In this document: in pieces, positions 34,487 through 43,162 of the stretch
Layout: each line of letters begins with the position of its first letter
How positions within the stretch are numbered: position 1 is the stretch's first letter
The notes under the pieces: generated by a model
Told to the model about the DNA's origin: nothing
The model's database searches: none
Seen by the model: only the letters and a program-made list of their open reading frames with translations
Position numbers and translations under genes: made by a program
Assembly: GCA_030141605.1 (NCBI GenBank)
Contig: JAQGDQ010001389.1
Location: 1 to 43,162 of the forward strand
Source: Tubiluchus corallicola
Lineage: Eukaryota > Animalia > Priapulida
Direction: 5' to 3'
DNA length: 43,162 nt

Positions 34487-35281
34487 CTGGAATCCGGTAC
34501 CGCGCACTCGAGAATGGGGTGGAGGAACAAAAGGGGAGAAAGCAGGCGGAACCGGAGCAGAATAGTGGAGAGGTTCCGGAGGCAAGTGATACGGTTGGTG
34601 TGTTTGGACATACGGTTGATATGGCATTGGCACATGATCCGTGATGGAATGAGGATAGTTGTAGAATGGTAGATGAAGGTCTACAGAACCTTTGTATCGG
34701 CCGTATTCGGGCGTGGCATTACTTTGAACAGGGGGTCCATAAGAAGATGCAGGAAGCTGTGTCATAGAAGCTTGAATGTGGGATGTATTAGTTTGAGAAG
34801 CGGGCGGGGCAGAAGTCTGCATCAGTGCAGGATATCTGAGTGCAGACGACAAGCTTACAAGCCGCTGAGTAGCAGAAAGAGGTTCTGCTTGCTGCGTGGT
34901 TGCCGTAGCAACAGTCGGCACTGAACATGAAGCATTGTCCCTTTGCTGTCCTTGGGAGTAATGAGGTGTAACCTTGGAAACTGGTGCAGCGCTCCCATCG
35001 TTGAAGAGAGGTCTTTGAGAAGCGGGATCAATCGTCGTAGCTTTGGAAGAACTGCGCTCAGCGTCATCATCTTCAAGTGCTGCGCCGCGACACGGCTGGC
35101 ATCCCTTATCAATTTCGGGAACTTGGACACCTTTACACAAACGCGAAAACCCACTTCCCACATTCGAAGGAACGGGCGGGGCAGACGAGGTATGGACAGC
35201 GGCTGGCAGGCGATGCAGTACGGAGAATCTGTGAGATGCGGCGGCAGAGGCGTTAGATTTGGCTGACTCCGTTCTGTACGC
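34487..35281 (-). CDS. Large Ser/Pro/Ala/Gln-rich exon of the minus-strand gene (265 codons), possibly alternative
   Basis: Polypyrimidine tract plus CAG acceptor at 35282-3; GTGAG donor; 795 nt fully open; phase 0-0; GC elevated over the introns. Confidence 0.65.
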
Positions 35282-35363
35282 CTGTCATGAAGCACAACAG
35301 AAAGACACATCGCTGATACTTCTTAACGATTTAGTATCGCAATAAAACTTAAAAGCGTTAGAT

Positions 35364-35789
35364 CAGGGGTGTGCAAATTATCTGACTAGCCGGGCCACAT
35401 TAAACATTCCTGCAATTCCTGCTGGCCACATGCAGTTTGGTCAAGGAGCCAAGTACAGTAGGGCCTAATAAAGATTTTTTTTGCATCCGACCTGCGTACA
35501 TCATTACTACTACACTCGAGAAACTATTTTAGAAGTTATTAAAATTTATATTAAAAACCATATATTTCGTCATGTCCAACAGTGACATTAAGTGACAACG
35601 GTCTTGTAAGGGTTAATGCCATCCGATCTAAGGGAAAAAACTACCCGCACTATCTTTGCAATATTGGCGCAGACTTCAGCTGGATTGCGTGGGCCGCACT
35701 TTCATTACGTTGACAAACCTCTTCGTGGGCCGCACAAGATCTCTCGGCGGGCCGCAAGTGGCCCGCGGGTCGCAGTTTGCACACCCCTG
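35364..35789. mobile_element. hAT (Charlie/Buster-like) MITE, copy 3, with internal deletions
   Basis: CAGGGGTGTGCAAA TIRs; TSD CGTTAGAT. Confidence 0.9.
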
Positions 35790-36097
35790 CGTTAGATATT
35801 ATTGATTATTCTAGAAATCTAACTAAAAATAAAGATTAGCAAAAACAAAAGGATTAATGATCGAGACTCGAAGTTAGTAATTTTTCACGATGCACTTTTT
35901 ACTGTTTAAAACAATGCAAAAACATCTAATATGTTAATTCAAAAAGAAACTGTCACGATGCAAAAGCAAACACTACTTGCTTAAATAAGTGAAACTAAAA
36001 AAAGTAAAAACATTCAAATCTAAAACTGTAGAAGAGAAAGAATCAAGATTAAGAACACTGAATGAGAGCTTGCACAGACGACACACTGACGACCCAC

Positions 36098-36241
36098 CTC
36101 GTGCTGCGATCTGGTAGCATGGACGTCCGCCTGCAGGTATGCAACTCGCTGTTCCAACTCGGCGACTCGAGTTCGTTCTGCGTGTAAAAGTGCCTCGGTC
36201 TGCTGCATCTGCTGACCCAGCAGCTCCCTACTATGCCGTTC
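36098..36241 (-). CDS. ANKRD26-like gene exon (ERHSRELLGQQMQQTEALLHAERTRVAELEQRVAYLQADVHATRSQHE)
   Basis: TAG and GTGGGT sites; 144 nt; phase 0-0; coiled coil. Confidence 0.8.
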
Positions 36242-36476
36242 CTATGGCAACAAGCAGCAGCTTAATCATCAATATGATGGGCGGTTTGAAGACGAGTTAA
36301 GAATGGAAGCGTACTCACTGATTGGTAGAAAGGTTACAGAAGATGACAAGAACGGTTAAAGTGAACGTGACAGCAGAACGCAGAATAGAATTCTGTACCC
36401 AGACAATGTTGAAAATGTCTAGATGCAGCAAAAGGTGCTTACAGACAAAAGCCACACAATTGTGAAATGCTTACAC

Positions 36477-37118
36477 TTGACAAGACAGCAAAAATTTGGA
36501 AGGTGAACGAAAGAATAACAATATAAAAGGCTTATTCTATGCAGTAAATGAAAATTTGACAAGACAGCAAAGTTAGGAAGGTGAACGAAAGAATGACGAT
36601 ACAAAAAGCTCATTCTGTGCAGTAAATGAAAATTTGACAAGACAGCAAAGTTTGGAAGGTGAGTAAAAGAATAATGAATATAAAAGGCTTATTCAGTGCA
36701 GTAAATGAAAATTTGACAAGACAGCAAAGTTAGGAAGGTGAACGAAAGAATGACGATACAAAAAGCTCATTCTGTGCAGTAAATGAAAATTTGACAAGAC
36801 AGCAAAGTTTGGAAGGTGAGTAAAAGAATAACGAATATAAAAGGCTTATTCTGCACAGTAAATGAAAATTTAACAAGACAGCAAAGTTAGGAAGGTGCGT
36901 AAAACAATAACAAATATAAAATGCCTATTCTGTGCAGTAAATGAAAATTTGACAAGACAGCAAAGTTTGGAAGGTGAGTAAAAGAATAATGAATATAAAA
37001 GGCTTATTCAGTGCAGTAAATGAAAATTTGACAAGACAGCAAAATTAGGAAGGTGAACGAAAGAATGACGAATATAAAACGCTCATTCTGTGCAGTAAAT
37101 GAAAATTTGACAAGACAG
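36477..37118. repeat. 78/79-bp tandem repeat, ~8 copies
   Basis: GACAAGACAGCAAA recurs at 78-79-bp spacing. Confidence 0.9.
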
Positions 37119-37529
37119 TCAAAAGATTATGATCATTCACGATTAGTGAAAACGATCAAGTATGATAAAGGATAGCAGGAGAAAGCAAGAGCGTGATTAT
37201 CAAACAAGATTATCTGGAATTAATGAACTATAAAATAAAAGATGTAAAGAACTTAAACCATCTTGAAATGTAACACTGAAAAATTACAGCACAAATAAGC
37301 AAACCTGCCTTTACAGTAGAAAAAAAATATCAAAAATTTTTTCGAGTCAAAAAATTCTTACAGAAGAACAGTAGTACAGTAAAAAAAATAACACTTTTAA
37401 CTTACTTACCTCACTAGTAATCAATATTTTACTTTATTATTACTTAAGTTTCGTAAGCATTCATAAGTTTTGTTTGCGCCTTTCACTTATTTATAATCAT
37501 TGTTTCTATGTCACTGTTGCTATAATTAC

Positions 37530-37733
37530 TGCTACTTGTGTCATAATGCTATTGTTTGCTATTATTTGTGTCATTGTTGCTATTGTTTGCTATTATTTGT
37601 GTCATTGTTGCTATTGTTTGCTAGTATTTGTGTCATTGTTGCTATTGTTTGCTATTATTTGTGTCATTGTTGCTATTGTTTGCTATTATTTGTGTCATTG
37701 TTGCTATTGTCTGCTATTATTTGTGTCACTGTT
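37530..37733. repeat. ~31-bp tandem repeat (GCTATTGTTTGCTATTATTTGTGTCATTGTT)
   Basis: Directly visible. Confidence 0.9.
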
Positions 37734-37978
37734 GTGTAATTACTGCTATTACTGCTATTGTTTTTAAATTGTATTGAAATCTAGTATTCCTTACTGCTCA
37801 ATGATAGCAATAAGCAAACAAATGAAATGTAGAAATTAATAAAAAATTATCAAAAAAAATCTTTGATAATTTGCATCATTTCTGAAATTGACAAAAGGCG
37901 TACTACCATAAGTACAAAATAGGAAAACTGAGTGCAATGTTCTCAAGGTTACGCCGCCGACGCGACAGCAATACTTAC

Positions 37979-38029
37979 GTTGTTAATTTCCGAAGTGGAT
38001 GCAACGTTGTCTTTCTCAAGTTGTGATAA
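37979..38029 (-). CDS. ANKRD26-like gene exon (LSQLEKDNVASTSEINN)
   Basis: TTCTCTTACAG acceptor and GTAAGT donor; 51 nt; phase 0-0. Confidence 0.75.
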
Positions 38030-38127
38030 CTGTAAGAGAAAAAGTATTGCGTAAGAACGTCTAAAATGAAAGAGGTTATTACTAACGTTACACGTCTACG
38101 ATACACCAGAGATTGAAAGTACCTGCA

Positions 38128-38478
38128 ATTGCAAAAAGAGCGTGAATATGTTATGTTGTGTTATGTTATGCTATCATGTCATGTCACGTCACATTATGCT
38201 GTGTTGTGTTCTGTTGTGTTATGTTATGTTATGTTATATCATGTCATGTCATGTTATGCTTTTATATGACACACAATTTAGACAGCAGGAAAGCTTTAAA
38301 AATTCAAGTCAATACAGTAGTCGATTTGCAAAAAGAGCGTGAATATGTTATGTTGTGTTATGTTATGCTATCATACGTCATGTCATGTCATGTCGCGTCA
38401 CGTCACATTACGTTGTGTTGTGTTCTGTTGTGTTTTGCGTTATATTATGTTATATCATGTCATGTTATGTTTTTATAT
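38128..38478. repeat. Two copies of a ~200-bp unit containing a (TGTTA/TGTCA)n pentamer tract
   Basis: TTGCAAAAAGAGCGTGAATATG at ~38129 and ~38326. Confidence 0.85.
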
Positions 38479-38986
38479 GTACTGATGCAAAAACAAAGTA
38501 CATGGTAAAGTACACTGATGCAAGAACAAAGTACATGGTAAAGTACACTGATGCAAGGACAAAGTACATGGTAAATTACGCTGATGCAAGGACAAAGTAC
38601 ATGGTAAAGTACACTGATGCAAGCACAAAGTACATGGTAAAGTACAATGATGCAAGAACAAAGGACATGGTAAAACACACTGATGTAAGAACAAAGTACA
38701 TGGTAAAGTACACTGATGCAAGAAAAAGGTACATGGCAAAGTACACTGATGCAAGAACAAAGTACATGGTAAAGTACACTGATGCAAGAACAAAGTACAT
38801 GGTAAAGTACACTGATGCAAGAACAAAGTACATGGTAAAGTACACTGATGCAAGACAAAGTACATGGTAAAGTACACTGATGCAACAAAAAGGTACATGG
38901 AAAAGTACACTGATGCAAGAACAAAGTACATGGTAAAGTACACTGACTGCAAGAACAAAGTACATGGTAAAGTACGCTGACTGCAA
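38479..38986. repeat. 33-bp tandem repeat, ~15 copies
   Basis: Unit GTACACTGATGCAAGAACAAAGTACATGGTAAA. Confidence 0.95.
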
Positions 38987-39644
38987 AGCACATGCGCTAG
39001 ACATGAAGAAATAGAAAAGCGACGAAAACGTGCCGGGTTCACAGGCTGCCCAAAAGATTATTAATCTACATTATTTTAATTTAACACTATTTTAACATTA
39101 ATCTAACATTAAATATAACATTATTGTAGTAGTAAGGTCAGCAAAATGCTATAGTTAAATTTTAATAATCAATTTTCATCAAAAGTTGAAAAAAGAAACA
39201 CTACAAATAGCGCATGTAAATAAAAGGTGGCGGAATCGTGAATTTGTAATGACAAAAATCATATTGAATACATTGTGAAGTTCGTGTTCTTATTAACCAA
39301 AATTTCATGTTTAATTTTCACTCAATGCTCGTGAAAACTCACAGTGTGACCACCAGGGGTACACAAGTGCATGGTGTAATTGGTCACACACTGCAGTGAG
39401 CACCCACAGGGGTTACGTGAGCACCGTAAGTGCACGTGTACCTTTGCTTGCATAGCGTCTATCTCTATTGGCAGGCTATCGACGTCGTCAGCAGTATCTT
39501 GCTATAACAATGGCAAAACTTTTTCAATCTACTGAACTCGTGACATGCGAGGTAATAGAAATTATGGCAGTACTGTTTTTAACAATTTCATTTGATTTCG
39601 ATTGTTATTATGAGTTCATGAGTTCATCACTGTAATGCCTACAG

Positions 39645-40144
39645 CAGGGGTGTGCAAATTGCGGCCCGCAGGCCACTTGCGGCCCGCTGAGAGAATTTGT
39701 GCGGCCCGCGAAAAGATTTGTCAACCTAATGAAAGTGCGGCCCGGGCGATTAATTGAGTGTATCCAGCTGAAGTCCGTGCCACGATCCCAAAGATAGTGC
39801 GGTAGTTTTTTCTACTAGATCGCATGCTATTAACCCTTACAAGATGGTTGTAGCTTAATGTCACTGTACTACACAGACTGTGTGATACACATTACTAATA
39901 TGCATTGTAATGAAATTACCACTATCTGTCGTGAAAGTAGAAATATATGGTTTGTAATATAAATTTTAATAACTTCTAAAATAGTTTCTTGAGTGTAGTA
40001 GTAATGATGTACGCAGATCGGATGCAAAAAAAATCTTTATTAGGCCTTTCTGTACTTGGCTCCTTGATCAAACTGCCTGTGGCCCACAGGAATTGCGGGA
40101 GAGTTTAATGTGGCCCGGCTAGTCAGATAATTTGCACACCCGTG
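39645..40144. mobile_element. hAT (Charlie/Buster-like) MITE, copy 4
   Basis: TIRs as in the other copies; TSD GCCTACAG. Confidence 0.9.
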
Positions 40145-40297
40145 GCCTACAGTGTTCTCAAATGCTAACACTCACATACATAGTAAACAATCAGGATGCA
40201 GGTTACCAGTTGATAAATAAAACTTTTGTTTTTTTAGATGGCAATCTCCCGATTCCAGGAATTCCCCAAAAATATCAATTTTTAAGAAACTAGTTAA

Positions 40298-40855
40298 AGG
40301 AAGACCGGACGATTGGTTAGACTCAATCTCATTTTAATTTACCGTCCAAAATATATGGTAAATATATAAAAGTAAATATATTTACTTGCCTATAAAAGTT
40401 AGCAATTGTTTCTAATATTTGAAAAGTTAATTAATGGCGGTCACGCGCAGCTATTGCTTACATCACAAACTAACCACAGTTTGTGCAAAGATGCAGATCT
40501 TCCCTGCACGTCAAGTATGTTTGCGTAAGCAAAGATTGCTATAAGGCGCTGACGCGATGCGGCGAAAATTAGCTTTACATCACACTGACATCGCAGACGA
40601 ACACTGTAGTTCATGACGGTTGCTTGTCAAGGTACAGCGCCTATTTGTCAACCAAGCAAATGTGACGAAAAGGTGCCATTGCCAGTGTTAGTGGATTTGC
40701 TGAGCCGTGCATAGTTTTGAAAGTTCAACATGATGTAACTATCCCTGGTAATTATTATTTAATCTAAGCTTTGATTTAAAAAAAGCTATTGTAGTTTTCA
40801 ATATTTTAGAGCATTATTATTGGAACTTATGTTTACACAATCATCCGGTTTTCCT
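40298..40855. mobile_element. Kolobok-like MITE, family B
   Basis: TTAA-AGGAAGACCGGACGA...TCATCCGGTTTTCCT-TTGA. Confidence 0.75.
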
Positions 40856-41405
40856 TTGACATAGTCATTTGACTGAAACATTCGCATTCCATTTCTTCAG
40901 TTTGGTATTTTTTATTAACAGTTAGTGCAATCAGGCAAAAATCCATGTGCCGCAACGTTTGAGAGGATTTATAGCCGAACAAATTCATGCTTTGTGTGTA
41001 TGGGTCACGACCGCTTGGGTTCGATACTCGTTCTTGACGGTTTCATTTGACGTACTGATACTGGCTGTTTACTTCATAGAGGAACGGCGTCTATGTACTA
41101 GAATGTGGCTAAGACACCTCTGCTAGTTCAGTGGCTCATGCTAGGGAATTCGGTTGATGAGCCGGGCTCTAGTTTTACCTCAAACACATTGATGAGCAGA
41201 CCCTCCTTTGAGTGCTGGATGCAGACTTGTAGTCGTGACAAAGCGTGTAAAAAGATCAGAATAACTACATATGAAAATACCTTACAGTTGTAGTAGTTCA
41301 GGTCTGAAACAATAGAGCTTGGAGTGTGAACAGGGATTATTCTAGCTCATTAACCTCACTTGAAAGTTCTCTAAAGCTTAGATATAAGAGAGAAATGCTA
41401 GCATA

Positions 41406-41900
41406 CAGTCATACCTCCGTTGTCGAACGTCTCCGTACTCGTACAAATCGGTTTTCAACCAGAAAATTCGAGCTGAAACTGTCTCCACTTTCAGCGAGAA
41501 TTTCGGTACTCGACCAACCGCCAAACACGTGATGAACACATGCGCGGCGAGCCGAGCGTAACCGACCGCGCCCGAGAGTAGTCACGCACAAGATTTGAAT
41601 CGCCTAACATCGCTAAGTGCTTTCTACGCTTATTTTTCTCTGCTTTTTTTTATGCAGGAACAATTATGTTTTTCTTTCCAACAAATTCTATTATGTTTTT
41701 CTTATCAATTATATCATATCTACTGTTTGAATAAACATTTTTGCATTGTCATATTTCGTTTTAGTAATACTTTACAGTTCGTTTGGTGCTTGAGAACAAT
41801 TATTTGCTTTTACATTATTTCTTATGATTCGGTTCTCAACCAAATCGGTTTTCAAACACTTTTTAGGAAGGAATTATGGTCGAAAACAGAGGTACTACTG
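41406..41900. mobile_element. Tc1/mariner (Tigger-like) MITE
   Basis: TA-CAGTCATACCTCCGTTGTCGA...TCGAAAACAGAGGTACTACTG-TA. Confidence 0.8.
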
Positions 41901-41971
41901 TACATTAAAACTCTTCACTAGGAACAACTGATGTGAGTACTAGTAGTTATTGGTCTTGTTGTTAAACTTAC

Positions 41972-42142
41972 TCGAACACCCAGCTTTGACCTTGATTTGA
42001 CCTCGTTTTCCCACATGACCTGGTTCTGCTCCGCCTCCTTGACGGCAGCTGCATGGAGCGCCTCCACCTCCTTCAGACGTCCGTCCAGCGCCACGTTGCT
42101 CTCCTTCAGGTTTGCTACTGTCTCTTCTAAATTCTGTCGGAT
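41972..42142 (-). CDS. ANKRD26-like gene, most 5' exon in the window (IRQNLEETVANLKESNVALDGRLKEVEALHAAAVKEAEQNQVMWENEVKSRSKLGVR)
   Basis: TTTCAG and GTAAGT sites; 171 nt; phase 0-0; coiled coil; the gene continues beyond the window. Confidence 0.85.
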
Positions 42143-42633
42143 CTGAAACGACAATTACATCTGACATGAGTACTGGGGTCAATGCATGTCTGCAGCATCG
42201 TGTAGTTACAGTAAGTTTCCGAAGAGGAAAAACTGGTTTTTAATGAGCATGGTCGTTACCTGGCTGTCCGGATTGCAGAAGACGCGGGTTCAAATTTCAA
42301 CTGAACGACATTTTTTTAGGCATACTCATACTTTATTTTGCTTATCGCCAGTTATAAAATAAAATTTATACACGGTTTCAAGTTTCGTAGATTCAATTTC
42401 ATTCTTATTCATTCAGTTTCATAAATAAAATCGATACGCAAAAGACGAGCGCAGAAATTTAACAAAGTTTTACATGGAAATATTCTGAAAGTTGTTAATC
42501 TGTTCAGCTGTCCATGTCAGCAACTGGAGTTATTGATATTAAAAACAAATATTTAATGGCTCTTTCACCTAACTGGGAAACCCTCGGTACATAACTAATC
42601 TTAATGTTTTAATCCGGAAAAAATGAAGATTAA

Positions 42634-43108
42634 CCCTTTCATACCCATTGTATCCCGTGGGATACGAGAATATTTTTTGCCTCTAAAATTAATAAAATTT
42701 TAAAACTGACAGTTATTTGATCTGTTAATAGTTATTTTGATTTAAGTGAATAACACTAGACTAAAAATGGTGATAAAATGGCAAACTAGAAAATCTACAT
42801 AGGATAAAAAAACTGCGCAAGGTACAGTACTTTAGAGACGACTTTGTACAGATCAGCATAGCATGCATACTAAATGTCTTAAATACTTTAACAAATTATC
42901 AGCAATTGCAAAATGAAGCAGATTTTTTGCTTTTGTTGTGTTTTTAAAAAAGTCGGACTTTGTTTTTTTGCACATGACAAAGAATGTTGTGTATCCCACA
43001 GGATACATTGGGAACAAACGGCTGTAATTCACTTTCATACACACTGAACAAAAGTACCAAGCCGAAAACTTTTTTTGTTATTAAAAAAATAATTTGGGAC
43101 TGAACGGG
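42634..43108. mobile_element. piggyBac-like MITE
   Basis: TTAA-CCCTTTCA...TGAACGGG-TTAA; homologous to the element starting at 54. Confidence 0.8.
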
Positions 43109-43162
43109 TTAAAAGTAGTGAAAAGTAATGGTGAGCATCGAATTCGATTGAAACGAGCTTTT

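Noticed and set aside
34475-35161. Independent gene starting MGSGF (myristoylation-like)
   Set aside because: The start codon is GTG and the frame stays open up to a splice acceptor at 35282.
13880-38986. CRISPR-like appearance of the tandem arrays
   Set aside because: The units are head-to-tail with no unique spacers, there are no cas genes, and the context is eukaryotic.
40960-41035. tRNA-like B-box segments (also ~24890 and ~42287)
   Set aside because: Only GGTTC(G/A)A motifs are visible; I could not support a cloverleaf, A box or TSD.

Overview
AT-rich eukaryotic (invertebrate-like metazoan) genomic DNA with no prokaryotic features. It holds two convergent genes. (1) A single-exon 1515-aa C2H2 zinc-finger gene on + (6308-10855), built from four internally duplicated modules, with a frameshifted partial copy downstream (13095-13703). 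(2) The 3' part of a spliced coiled-coil gene on - that resembles the ANKRD26/CCDC144 C-terminus. I traced nine core GT-AG exons by hand with consistent phases from 42142 to the stop at 17083, plus three symmetric candidate cassette or fossil exons. Introns and intergenic DNA are filled with non-autonomous transposons (hAT, Kolobok-like, piggyBac-like and Tc1/pogo-like MITEs, two 5S rRNA-headed SINEs, LINE 3' fragments) and many tandem arrays. The most notable observations are: both copies of a TTAA-targeting MITE sit 1-2 nt from a splice-acceptor AG and their TIRs supply the polypyrimidine tract; orphan GT2 (TIGR04283-like) glycosyltransferase exons lie antisense in an intron in scrambled order; a 27-nt microexon was probably lost next to a MITE insertion; the SINE combines a 5S head with an RTE-like body; and a 2-kb satellite grew out of a MITE end. 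Family assignments come from recalled motifs, not database searches.
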